Positions 11,537 through 21,737 are shown, counted from the stretch's first letter. The stretch is DNA of 64,000 bases from an uncultured delta proteobacterium (GCA_963804955.1 CAWDSQ010000008.1:96001-160000); one strand, 5' to 3'. The notes: generated by a model from the sequence alone, not told the origin. Translations and numbers: made by a program.

Positions 11537-11881
11537 TTATTTTCCATAGACAACCGTCACCCTCTGCAGGTATTCGACAAAATCTTTCACAGCTGTGCGA
11601 ATTCCCTGCAGATTCAAAGCTTTTGCAGACTCCTCCAGAGCGCTTCCGATAAAGGTAAGCCGCTCGAATCCATAGCTTCCGCCGGAGCCTTTGAGACTGT
11701 GGCCGATAATGCGGATCGGCTCATAATGCTCCTGCTGTAATTCCTCAGTGATAATTTTCACATCCTTTTCCCGGTTTTCAAGATATTGCGGGATCAGAAA
11801 TTCCAGATCAGGATCAATGACCACACGGATAGGCTCCTCACCACTTTTTTCCTCTTTATAGTTTGCCATAAGCACCTCCAT
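11537..11881 (-). CDS. Stand-alone Hpt protein, copy 2 (near-identical duplicate)
   Basis: Differs from copy 1 at only about 5 aa; same HSLKG motif. Confidence 0.9.
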   Translation of the reverse strand: MEVLMANYKEEKSGEEPIRVVIDPDLEFLIPQYLENREKDVKIITEELQQEHYEPIRIIGHSLKGSGGSYGFERLTFIGSALEESAKALNLQGIRTAVKDFVEYLQRVTVVYGK

Positions 11882-11917
11882 GTTTACTGATGTTCGAACT
11901 GTTTTGCTTCTACTTAT

Positions 11918-11983
11918 TTCAAATATGATGCCATAGTAAAAAAAATATCGAAAAAAATAATAACAACAAAAATCAAATGGTTA
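11918..11983 (-). promoter_or_regulatory. Putative sigma54-type promoter plus consensus IHF site upstream of Hpt copy 2
   Basis: TGGCATCATATTTGAA at 11918-11933; AATCAAATGGTTA (WATCAANNNNTTR) at 11971-11983. Confidence 0.5.
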
Positions 11984-12088
11984 CAATAATCTATCGCAAG
12001 GTTCCCTCCTCAAGGTGCTTATTGGAAGTGTGCATTGGCACAAAAGGGTACAACACAGTTTGTGCCATAACGTGAAAGAGCAAGCCTT

Positions 12089-14305
12089 CTAACAGGCTGG
12101 CTGCCCGCAGCCGCCGCAGCCGGGTGCTGGGTCGCATGCATCGCCTATGCCGTCGCCATCGGCATCAAGCTGGTTGGTATTGTATACATTCTGGCAGTTA
12201 TCACTTGCATCGAGAATACCGTCATTGTCTGCATCACCAGGAGTCTCACAGGCTGGCTGCCCGCAGCCGCCGCAGCCGGGTGACGGGTCGCATACATCGC
12301 CTATGCCGTCGCCATCGGCATCACGCTGCAGGGGATTGGCAATGCTCGGGCAGTTATCAACAGCGTCACCCGCGCCATCTGCATCTGTATCAATCACCTG
12401 AGCAACTGTTGTTGTGGTTGTTGTCGGCTCCACAGACGTAGTCGTTGAGGTCGGTACACTGCTGGTCGTAGTCGCAGGCGGAGCCAGCACCGCAGTCGGA
12501 TAGCCATGCCACGGGTTTGTAAACCCGGTGCTTCCTGCCATATAGTAAACGGTAAAGCCGCTTGCACAGTTTAAAAAAACATTGGTTCCCATCGTTGGGG
12601 CATTACCATAAAAATATGCGGCGCTTAAGCCGGCGCAACCATCAAAAACCCACCACCCGATGCTTGTAACACTGGCGGGAATGGTCACGCTGGTCAAGCC
12701 GGTGCAATAGAGAAACGCATAGTGTCCAATGCTTGTAACACTGTCAGGAATGCTCACACTGGCCAAACCGGTGCAGCCATAAAACGCCCAGCGCCCAATG
12801 TTCAGCGTACCGTCCAGGATGGTCACGCTGGTCAAGCCGGTGCAGCTGTTAAAAGCATTTTCACCAATGCTCGCAACGCTGCCCGGTATGGTCACGCTGG
12901 TCAAGCCGGTGCAATAGAGAAACGCATACTCTTGAATGCTGGTAACACTGCCAGGTAGTATGAATCCGCCAGCCTTGCCGCCGGGATATGCAATAAGCGT
13001 TGCCTTCGTCTTGTTGTAGAGCACGCCATCTTGACTGCTATACACTGTGTTGCCTGCGTCTACATGAATACCGGTCAAGCCTCCACAATCATAAAAATTA
13101 ACCCCGACAGTTATAACACTGCCCGGTATGGTAACACTTGTTAAAGCAGGGCAACTCTCAAACGCATAATCATTTATGCTCGTAACATTATCGGGAATGG
13201 TAAATCCGCCAGCCTTGCCGCCGGGAAATTTAATAAGCAGATCCTTGTTTTTGTCGTACAGCACGCCATCCTGACTGCTATAGGCTGTATTGCCTGCGTT
13301 TACGTCTATGCCGGCCAGGCTGATACAGTATTCAAAAGCGCCAATTCCAATACTCGTAACGCCGGCAGGAATGGCCACGCTGATCAAACTCGCGCAGCCA
13401 TAGAACGCATAATCCCCAATGCTCTCTACGCTGCTGCCCATGGTCACGGCGGTCAAACCTCTGCTGTCTTCAAACGCGGACGGCTCTATGGTTGTCACGC
13501 TGCCGGGAACAGCAAACCCGCCAGCCTTCCCGGCGGGATATGCACAAAGCATTGTTTTAGCCTTGTTGTAGAGCACGCCATCCTGACTGCTGTAATTTGG
13601 ATTACTTGCCTCAACATCCAGACTGGTCAAGCTGCTGCAATATTGAAAGGCTCCAAACCCGATGCTTGTAACGCCGGCAGGTATGGCCACGCTGATCAAT
13701 CCCGTGCAGCCATAAAACGCATAATCCCCGATGCTCTCTACGCTGCTGCCCATGGTCACGGCGGTCAAACCCCGGCTGTCTTCAAATGCGGACGACTCTA
13801 TGGTTGTCACGCTGCCGGGAACAGCAAATCCGCCAGCCTTGCCGCCGGGATATTGAATAATTGCTGTTTTGTCTTTATCATACAGCACGCCATCCTGGCT
13901 GCTGTAGGCGGGATTATTCGCATCAACATCTATGCTGGCCAAAACAGGACAATAAATAAACACATACCACCCGATGCTCGTAACACTGGCGGGAATGGTC
14001 ACGCTGGTCAAACCTTTGCAACCTTGAAACGCTGCATCCTCGATGAAGGTAACGCTGCCCGGTATGATTATTCTAATCAAACCGGGGCAATCATAAAACG
14101 CAGCCTCTCCAATTCGTACAACCGGCATATCTTCGATGACCGAGGGTATAGTCACAACCCCTCCTGCGCCTGTATACCCGGTGATTGTAATAGTGCCGCC
14201 AGATTCCGTATACTGATAATCACCCCATTGCGCAGCTAAGGCCGACGTGCAGAAAAACACACACCCGATAAAGGATAAAATGAAAGTTGATTTCACAATC
14301 CGCAT
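12089..14305 (-). CDS. BspA-type (LRR_5/TpLRR) surface protein with Thr-rich linker and two TSP3-like Ca-binding/CGGC modules
   Basis: Signal peptide (..SALA/AQW), repeated IPxSVTSIGxxAFxxCxx[10 protein letters not shown] units, DxDxDG..DNCP repeats. Confidence 0.9.
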   Translation of the reverse strand: MRIVKSTFILSFIGCVFFCTSALAAQWGDYQYTESGGTITITGYTGAGGVVTIPSVIEDMPVVRIGEAAFYDCPGLIRIIIPGSVTFIEDAAFQGCKGLTSVTIPASVTSIGWYVFIYCPVLASIDVDANNPAYSSQDGVLYDKDKTAIIQYPGGKAGGFAVPGSVTTIESSAFEDSRGLTAVTMGSSVESIGDYAFYGCTGLISVAIPAGVTSIGFGAFQYCSSLTSLDVEASNPNYSSQDGVLYNKAKTMLCAYPAGKAGGFAVPGSVTTIEPSAFEDSRGLTAVTMGSSVESIGDYAFYGCASLISVAIPAGVTSIGIGAFEYCISLAGIDVNAGNTAYSSQDGVLYDKNKDLLIKFPGGKAGGFTIPDNVTSINDYAFESCPALTSVTIPGSVITVGVNFYDCGGLTGIHVDAGNTVYSSQDGVLYNKTKATLIAYPGGKAGGFILPGSVTSIQEYAFLYCTGLTSVTIPGSVASIGENAFNSCTGLTSVTILDGTLNIGRWAFYGCTGLASVSIPDSVTSIGHYAFLYCTGLTSVTIPASVTSIGWWVFDGCAGLSAAYFYGNAPTMGTNVFLNCASGFTVYYMAGSTGFTNPWHGYPTAVLAPPATTTSSVPTSTTTSVEPTTTTTTVAQVIDTDADGAGDAVDNCPSIANPLQRDADGDGIGDVCDPSPGCGGCGQPACETPGDADNDGILDASDNCQNVYNTNQLDADGDGIGDACDPAPGCGGCGQPAC

Positions 14306-14346
14306 ATAAACCTCCTTTTAAAAACCAGGTAGCTGCTTCCCGAAAA

Positions 14347-14362
14347 TGCACCATTCATGCCA
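14347..14362 (-). promoter_or_regulatory. sigma54 promoter for BspA gene 1
   Basis: TGGCATGAATGGTGCA = GG-N10-GC, ~40 nt before the start codon, which has an AAGGAGG RBS; palindromic GGCAC-N5-GTGCC possible UAS at ~14468-14482. Confidence 0.65.
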
Positions 14363-14737
14363 GAAGCCGGCATCGAAGGAGAAATAAATTTTATCAAGCG
14401 GTTTAGAGTAGTTAGAAAATTACGGCATGCGTATGTACCTGCAACGCAGGGCTGTGCGGTCTATAAAGGCACATGTCGTGCCAGCGCAAACTGTGTCAGC
14501 TGCACCGGTGGAGGATGAAAGGAGTTTCGGGTTCTTTATGTGTGGAGCAAGGAGTAAAACCGTGAGGGGCAGCCTGTGCCCGCGTGCTAGCCGGGGACCG
14601 GTAAAACCGCAGGACGACAGGCCGGCATGAATACCTTCTGCCGTTTTGCGATACACAGCTTCAAATGGACCACCCCGCCGCACACAGCATGCACGTTTAT
14701 ACAAGCGAATTGGCAACCGCCTCTTTCAGTCAGCCCT

Positions 14738-16475
14738 TTATACTGCTGCACAGGAAGGCTGACCGCAGCCGCCACAGCCGGGGGCCGGGTCGCAGACATT
14801 GCCGATGCCGTCATCATCAGCATCAAGCTGGTCAGGGTTAAACATGTTCGGGCAGTTATCAAAGGCATCAAGCACCCCATCACCATCCGTATCAATCGAG
14901 GGTGCTGTTGTTGTTGTTGTAGAAGGAGGTGTAAATACCGCTGTAGGATAACCATACCACGGGTTTGTAAATCCAGTGCTTCCTGCAGCATAGTAAACGG
15001 TAAAGCCGGATGCGCAGCCATTAAAAACCCTGCTTCCCATTGCCGGAGCATTCCCGTAAAAATATGCACCGGTCAAACGGGTACACGACAAAAACGCAGA
15101 AGACCCAATGTGCGTAACACTGCCGGGTATGTTAATGCCGGTCAATCCGGTACAACCATAAAATGCTGCATTCCCAATGTCTGTTACGCCTTCCATTATG
15201 GTCAGGCTGGCCAATCCGGTGCACCCATAAAACGCCCAACTCCCGATGCTCGTTACGCTGCCCGGTATGGTCAACCCGGTCAACCCGGCGCACATAAAAA
15301 ACGCTGCTGTCCCAATGCCCGTAATGCTGCCAGGTATCATAAATCCGCCAGCCTTGCCGCCCGGATATGCAATAAGCATGGTCTTAACCCTGTTGTAGAG
15401 TACCCCATCCTGACTGCTGTAGTTAGGATTATTTGCCTGCACATCTATGCTGGTGAGCCTGATGCAATATTGAAACGCACCTCCGCCGATACTCGTAACA
15501 CTGGCAGGAATTTCCAGGCTGATCAATTTCGTGCAGCCATAAAATGCGTAAATTCCGATGTCCACAACGCTGCTTCCTAAAGTTATGGCGGCCAAACCCG
15601 TGCAGTCTTCAAAAGCAAAAGCCTCAATAGTTGTAACGCTGTCAGGAACAGCAAACCTATCACGTCGTTCTGCTTGCGCTATCCAACTCACCAGACTTGC
15701 CTGCAGGATATTTAATAAGCGTTGTTTTGTTTTTGTCGTACAGCACGCCATACCGACTGCTGTAAACAATATTGTCTTCGTGTACATCTATGTTTGTTAA
15801 GCTGATGCAGTTTTCAACTACTCCCTCCCCAATACTCGTAACGCCGGCAGGAATGACTACGCTGATCAATCCCGTGCAGCCATAAAACGCATAATCCCCG
15901 ATACTCTCTACGCTGCTGCCCATGGTCACGGCGGTCAAACCCCGGCTGTCTTCAAATGCGGACGACTCTATGGTTGTCACGCTGCCGGGAACAGCAAATC
16001 CGCCAGCCTTGCCGCTGGGATATTTAATAATTGCTGTTTTGTCTTTATCATACAGCACGCCATCCTGGCTGCTGTAGGTGGGATTATTCGCATCAACATC
16101 TATGCTGGCCAAAACAGGACAAAAACTAAACACATAAAGCCCAATGCTCGTAACACTTGCGGGAATGGTCACGCTGGTCAAACCTTCGCAACCTTGAATA
16201 GCAGCTTCCTCGATGAAGGTAACGCTGCCCGGTATGATTATTCTAATCAAACCGGGGCAATCATAAAACGCAGCCTCTCCAATTCGTACAACCGGCTTAT
16301 TTTCGATGACCGAGGGTATAGTCACAACCCCTCCGGCGCCTGTATACCCGGTGATTGTAATAGTGCCGCCAGATTCCGTATACTGATAATCACCCCATTG
16401 CGCAGCTAAGGCCGACGTGCAGAAAAACACACACCCGATAAAGTATAAAATGAATGTTGATTTCACAATCCGCAT
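14738..16475 (-). pseudogene. Second BspA-type LRR surface protein, frame broken by a 31-nt insertion (15656-15686)
   Basis: 5' part and leader near-identical to gene 1 at +2170 offset; ORFs 15660-16475 and 14738-15787; repeat spacing 343 vs normal 312 nt. Confidence 0.75.
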
Positions 16476-16516
16476 ATAAACCTCCTTTTAAAAACCAGGT
16501 AGCTGCTTCCCGAAAA

Positions 16517-16532
16517 TGCACCATTCATGCCA
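16517..16532 (-). promoter_or_regulatory. sigma54 promoter for BspA gene 2 (duplicated leader)
   Basis: Same TGGCATGAATGGTGCA motif. Confidence 0.65.
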
Positions 16533-16923
16533 GAAGCCGGCATCGAAGGAGAAATAAATTTTATCAAGCGGTTTAGAGTAGTTAGAAAATTACGGCATGC
16601 GTATTTACCTGCAACGCAGGGCTGTGCGGTCTATAAAGGCACATGTCGTGCCAGCGCAAACTGTGTCAGCTGCACCGGTGGAGGATGAAAGGAGTTTGGG
16701 TTCTTTATGTGTGGAGGAAGGAGTAAAACCGTGAGGGGCAGCCTTGCCCGCGTGCTAGCCGGGGACCGGTTGCCTGTGCATGCTCAAGCGGTCTGCAAGA
16801 CATGAAACACTGATATGTTTCCCTTCAGCTGTGCGCTAAGCGGTCCTCGGGCGTGGAGCCTTATGTAGCCGGCACTGAAAAAATACTTTTATCCAACAGC
16901 CAGTCCGGAAGCACTGTCGGATA

Positions 16924-17862
16924 CTACTCAGGCTGTTTTAAAAAATCTGCGCCTGCGCTGTAGGCGGTTGCGAGAATATGCGGATGATTTTTAACAACCC
17001 CCCTGCCATGCCGTTTTCCTCTCGTGCCTGACAGGGTAAGCACGTCTGTTGTTTCAACGCCGTGAAGCCTGAGCAGGATAACCATCTGTTCAACAACATT
17101 GTCATAGGCTGCAGGGTTTGGCCACATCCAGGTGGAAACGACCAGCCCCTTTTTCCCGGCGGGCATTTTGCGCGAAAGGTCAGGGTTTGAGAGGCAGTCC
17201 CACCGGTCCATGAAATTTGCCATGATGGCGTTTTCACGCGCCGTATAAATCGGGAAGCCGATGATGAGACCATCCATTGCATACAGCTTGTCATACATCA
17301 GAGAGGTCATATCATCCTTAAGCGAGCATATGGTTTTTACATCGCCTTTCCGGCAAGCCCTGCAGCCGGTGCAGGGCTTGATAGCGAGATCGCCCAGATA
17401 CAGCTTCTCAACGCTGCAGCCGCCGTCGGCGCAGGCTCGCAGAACCTCGTCAATGAGCAGGTCGGTATTGCCACCCTTGCGCATGCTCGAGTTAACAGCA
17501 AGTATGTTCATGCCCGGGGTAACTGCTGCAGCCTGGCCGGGTCTTTGCGCCCAGCGGTTAATGATCAGGGGCTCCTTTCCCGGCTCGATATCCTCCTGGG
17601 ATTTTGATGCAACAACCTCTGCGCGCATTCGCGCCGGGTCTTTTTTGCTGAGAATGAGAGGCTCATATCCGCCAGGGAACACTTCATAAACCGCGCGCCA
17701 GAATATATCATCGGTCACCGCAGGCGCCTCTTCATAGGCGGCTATTTTTTCAGCGTTATAAAAAAGGCGATTCTTCCACCGGTCTTTGATAACAGCAGGG
17801 AAAACCGCACAGAGCTTTTCAACCATATCCCTCTGGCCGTCCTGCCACTCAATCTGTTTCAT
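16924..17862 (-). CDS. Iron-sulfur flavoprotein / NADPH-dependent FMN reductase family protein with extra N-terminal helical domain
   Basis: NSSMRKGGNT FMN loop, CTGCRAC-x7-C Fe-S motif, GFPIY. Confidence 0.8.
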   Translation of the reverse strand: MKQIEWQDGQRDMVEKLCAVFPAVIKDRWKNRLFYNAEKIAAYEEAPAVTDDIFWRAVYEVFPGGYEPLILSKKDPARMRAEVVASKSQEDIEPGKEPLIINRWAQRPGQAAAVTPGMNILAVNSSMRKGGNTDLLIDEVLRACADGGCSVEKLYLGDLAIKPCTGCRACRKGDVKTICSLKDDMTSLMYDKLYAMDGLIIGFPIYTARENAIMANFMDRWDCLSNPDLSRKMPAGKKGLVVSTWMWPNPAAYDNVVEQMVILLRLHGVETTDVLTLSGTRGKRHGRGVVKNHPHILATAYSAGADFLKQPE

Positions 17863-17908
17863 GGTGCTCTCCCTGAAAAATGCGGTTTTACCGGATCAGC
17901 AGAACATA

Positions 17909-18388
17909 TTATTCAGCCCGGGTAATTTTGAAACAGCACTCACTGTCGCCGGAAGGCATATGCTTTACCCTCTGCCACTTTGCCACCTTGTATTTTTCAC
18001 CCAAAACACAGTCCATGTCACAGACGATCGGGCAGGGATCGGGAAGGTTGCGCTTTCTGGTCGCTTCCAGATGCGGGCAGCGCTCCAGGTGCTCATACCA
18101 GACCGGCTCTCCGTTTTCTTCACCCTTTTCCACCCACAGCTGCCAGCCGTTGGCCGGAAACATGTCTATCTCATACATGATAATATCTCCGAAATCCCTG
18201 CCCGCAAACATACCTGTTCGCTTTTTGAAATTGGCCTCAAAAATATCATTGTAAACATCCCTGCCTTTTTTTTCGCCGTATATCTCAATAAGGGTTTGAT
18301 ACAGCAGGGGAAGCTTTAAGGCTGTCTGCGCGAGAAGCAAATCGCGCTGCTTTTCTATCGGCATTTCTTTTCCAATTATTTTTTCCAT
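17909..18388 (-). CDS. L-2-amino-thiazoline-4-carboxylate hydrolase-like (ATC_hydrolase) family protein
   Basis: RCP...CxxxCxxD...KHMPSGDxxCxF pattern. Confidence 0.6.
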   Translation of the reverse strand: MEKIIGKEMPIEKQRDLLLAQTALKLPLLYQTLIEIYGEKKGRDVYNDIFEANFKKRTGMFAGRDFGDIIMYEIDMFPANGWQLWVEKGEENGEPVWYEHLERCPHLEATRKRNLPDPCPIVCDMDCVLGEKYKVAKWQRVKHMPSGDSECCFKITRAE

Positions 18389-18678
18389 TGAGATACTTCC
18401 TTTCTGTGCGGAAATGTTTTAAGGCGCATATTCTGCTGAAAAACCGGCCACGTCAAGCCGGGCAATATCTGTAAACGGTCTTAACTGCCGGCATGCGGAA
18501 AGAAGACTGGTGAAGGAGCAATGAGCGCTGCGCGTGCCGCCCTTTGAGATGCAATGAATTTTGCACACTGGTTCACCTTTTTCCCGTTGTGCAGGGCTGA
18601 ACTCCCGGCAATGGAACTGCCATACTATTTCTACAGTCAAGCAGAGCAGGTACCGCTAAGAAATGCGATTCGAGTATT

Positions 18679-18694
18679 TGCAAATATATTGCCA
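18679..18694 (-). promoter_or_regulatory. sigma54 promoter upstream of the ATC-hydrolase/ISF pair
   Basis: TGGCAATATATTTGCA = GG-N10-GC with TTGCA. Confidence 0.55.
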
Positions 18695-19182
18695 GCAAAG
18701 CTTAAATTCAAGTACTTTTTTCCCCAAATAGTTTTATTTTCATACTATTTGAAAATCGTAGCTGGTTTCGAGAAAGATCAGTTTAACCCCAATGAAAAAT
18801 TGTTGCGTCTCTTGTCTCTACATTCATTCCTCTCCGAAACGACTGAACAGACCGGGTGCTGCCCCGGCCTAAGCGTACAGTACCCTCCCCGGGCCCTGTT
18901 GCGGCAGCTCCGGTGAGCCCAGAAGCAGAAGGCCCGATCCGGCAAGGAGACGGATTTTTTTGTATGACGATGCCCTGGAGATGCCTCTAAGAATAAGCGC
19001 CCGGACTAAACGTGCAGAGGCCCGGGATGAGTACGCGAACCTGTTGAGAATACGCGCCTTTCAGCGAGTGCCAACCGTAAACCAATTAATTTCCTGCAGT
19101 TTGTCTGCCTGAATTGTTCGCTTGTCTAAACTAGTCGTGCCCGGTACGGAAATAATAGTTTACCCGAGTCTTCACAAAATAC

Positions 19183-19577
19183 TATAGCCGGAGAAAAACT
19201 GTCCGATAGATATACTCGTGAAGCCTATATCGATTCAAGTACGCATACGCATAGTCGCGGCCTGCGATGCGGGTGAAGGCACCCGTAAGGAGATAGCAGA
19301 GCGCTACGGTGTATCTCTGGGCATGGTTAAAAAATTACTGGCCCAGCGCAAAAAGCTGGGTATTCTTGATCCGCAGAACCACCGCTGCGGGAGAAAAAGC
19401 ATACTGTCGGAACAGGATCTGGCCTGGCTGCGCAAAACCGTTGAGCAGCGGCAGGATTTAACCCTGGAGAAACTGTGCCGGGCATACAAAAAGCCCTGCA
19501 GCGTTATGACCATAAGCCGGGGGCTTCAAAAGCTCAGGGCTTTGCAGGATACGTATGAGCAGGTCATTGCGCCGTAA
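19183..19577 (+). mobile_element. IS630-family transposase remnant (N-terminal HTH only, no DDE domain)
   Basis: ORF 19218-19577 (RIRIVAACDAG..TRKEIAERYGVS..GRKS..DLTLEKL..TISRGLQKL); possible left end TATAGCC at ~19183. Confidence 0.7.
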
Positions 19578-19670
19578 TTTTCCGCAGGGCGCGTGAATCT
19601 GCTGAAGGCTTTTCTAAGCCGAAAAATCTTATGCGGTAATGTCTTTTTGAAGAAAAGGGAGTAAGCTTAT

Positions 19671-21737
19671 ATGCAGGCCTCGAGTGCAGAAATAGATTTC
19701 CAATCTTCCAAATCTTTTTTATCCAGCGTGTTCGACAAGGTTGAAACCGGCATCATACTGTCGGACCTGAAAGGCCATGTGCTTGAGGCAAATCCGTTTT
19801 TCCTGAATATTATCGGATTTGAAAGAAATGAAATCGTGGGTAAAAAGCCCAATGAATTCATGCCGACCCAGGGAGTCTATACCTCAAGACTGGGCCAGGT
19901 ATTCGAAATTGGTAATGATTATTTTACCGAGACCCTCAATAAACTCTCCGTTTTAGACAAAACAGGGGAAATAAAAGATTGGGCGACATTTTACGTCGAT
20001 AAAGCAGGAAAACTGGTGCCGGTTCAGCAGACTGTCTGTCTGCTGAAAGATTCACGGGGCAACAGTCTTGCTTCAATGTGCCTTGTCAAGGATGTTTCAG
20101 ATAAACAGAACCTGGAAGCTGAGCTTGAAAAGGCTAAAAAGCTGGCTGAGTCGGCAAAAGAGCTCAAGGAGTTTTTTCTGTCAAAAATCTCCAATGAAGT
20201 AAGAATACCAATGAACGGCATTTGCGGTTTTACGGAGCTGCTGATTGAGAATGAGCAAATTACGGAAGAATATAAAGAGCATCTGCATGTCATCAAACAG
20301 AGCAGCGAAGATCTGCTCAGCATGATCAATAATGTCATTGACTATGCGAAGCTCGAGAACGGCAAAACTGAAATTGCCGATATCGGGTTCGATGTCGAGC
20401 TTCTTTTTTACAATGTTATAATGGACACAAAGGCCAAGCTTGCCGGCAGAAGCATAGAACTGCATCATGAAATAACCAATCAGGTTCCCTTTCTGCTGAA
20501 GGGCGACCCCAGCAGGATCAGGCAGATTGTGCTGAAGCTTCTTGACAATGCAATAAAGTTTACCAAATCCGGCAGCATAAAAGTAATGCTCGACGTTGAG
20601 GATGAGCATGAACATGATATTAAAATACGGCTTCAGGTACAGGATACCGGCATCGGCATAGCGCAGGACAGCATAGAGTCTATTTTTGAAATGGCTGACA
20701 GGGGGGCGGGGGCATTAACAAAACAGGGCAAAAGCCTCGGCCTGGGGCTGCATGTATGCCGCAGCATTGCCCGCCTCATGCGCGGGGATTTAAATGCTAC
20801 CAGCGAGCTCGGCAAGGGAAGCTGCTTTTACTTCACGATAACGCTGAACAAGGCTGAAAAATGGCAGACGGTGAAGTCTGACGTCAATGTCAATCTTGAA
20901 GGCAAAACGGTTTTTATTCTCGATTTTGAGAAAATACATCTGGGCATTTTATCAAAACTGTGCCAGCAGGCGAACATGCAGGTCATTACCTGCGGAAAAA
21001 TTCATACTGTCTCCGCTAAATTCGAAGATTTAATTATCAGCAAGACCAGGGTTGATCTTTTTGTGATAGATGTATCCACTTCATTTGAGGATATTGCAGA
21101 TATTATTGAGCTGATACGCGAGAATTTCGGCCTGCATGTTCCGCTTTTGGCGTTTACGTCTCCCAACAGGGGGTCGGCAAAAGCATGCCAAAACATGGGG
21201 TTTAACGGCTGCCTGTCAAAGCCCGGCTCAAAACTTTCTTTTTACGAGATTATCAAGCACCTGCTAACGGAAAATTTTGATGCAACGGGCCCCCGGGAAA
21301 TCCTCACGCGATACTCTCTGTCGGAAAAGATAAAACACAACTTAAACATTCTTGTTGTTGATGATAACCGCGTCAACCAGATGGTTGCCATGAAAATACT
21401 CACCCAGTCCGGCTATGCCGTCGACTCAGCAAATGACGGGCTGGAGGCGACAAATAAAGTGCTGGCCGACCCGCATAAGTATGATGTCATACTCATGGAT
21501 ATTCAAATGCCCATTATGAACGGCGTTGATGCAACGATTATGCTCCGGCAAAACCATGTGATGACCCCCATCATTGCGTATACGGCCAATGCTCTGCAGG
21601 AAGACTATGAAAGATACATGAAAGCCGGCATGAATGACAGCATTCCAAAGCCTCTCAACAGAGAAATAATACTGGAAAAGTTTTACAATCTCTGTTTTAG
21701 GCCCGAATCCAGGGCGATTTTGGAACTGCCCAATTGA
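19671..21737 (+). CDS. Cytoplasmic PAS-HisKA-HATPase-REC-REC hybrid kinase-like protein with degenerate H-box
   Basis: FLSKISNEVRIPMN (His to Asn), KLLDNAIKFT, DTGIGI, degenerate REC1, intact REC2 (VVDDN..LMDIQMP..YTA..PKP). Confidence 0.85.
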   Translation: MQASSAEIDFQSSKSFLSSVFDKVETGIILSDLKGHVLEANPFFLNIIGFERNEIVGKKPNEFMPTQGVYTSRLGQVFEIGNDYFTETLNKLSVLDKTGEIKDWATFYVDKAGKLVPVQQTVCLLKDSRGNSLASMCLVKDVSDKQNLEAELEKAKKLAESAKELKEFFLSKISNEVRIPMNGICGFTELLIENEQITEEYKEHLHVIKQSSEDLLSMINNVIDYAKLENGKTEIADIGFDVELLFYNVIMDTKAKLAGRSIELHHEITNQVPFLLKGDPSRIRQIVLKLLDNAIKFTKSGSIKVMLDVEDEHEHDIKIRLQVQDTGIGIAQDSIESIFEMADRGAGALTKQGKSLGLGLHVCRSIARLMRGDLNATSELGKGSCFYFTITLNKAEKWQTVKSDVNVNLEGKTVFILDFEKIHLGILSKLCQQANMQVITCGKIHTVSAKFEDLIISKTRVDLFVIDVSTSFEDIADIIELIRENFGLHVPLLAFTSPNRGSAKACQNMGFNGCLSKPGSKLSFYEIIKHLLTENFDATGPREILTRYSLSEKIKHNLNILVVDDNRVNQMVAMKILTQSGYAVDSANDGLEATNKVLADPHKYDVILMDIQMPIMNGVDATIMLRQNHVMTPIIAYTANALQEDYERYMKAGMNDSIPKPLNREIILEKFYNLCFRPESRAILELPN

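Noticed and set aside
12089..16475. Diversity-generating retroelement acting on the BspA repeats
   Set aside because: No reverse transcriptase or Avd gene in the window, and differences between copies are not adenine-specific (e.g. TGG vs CTT).
18390..18670. Cobalamin or c-di-GMP riboswitch in the long leader
   Set aside because: Could not identify the B12 box or the GEMM tetraloop/receptor core by eye; needs cmscan.
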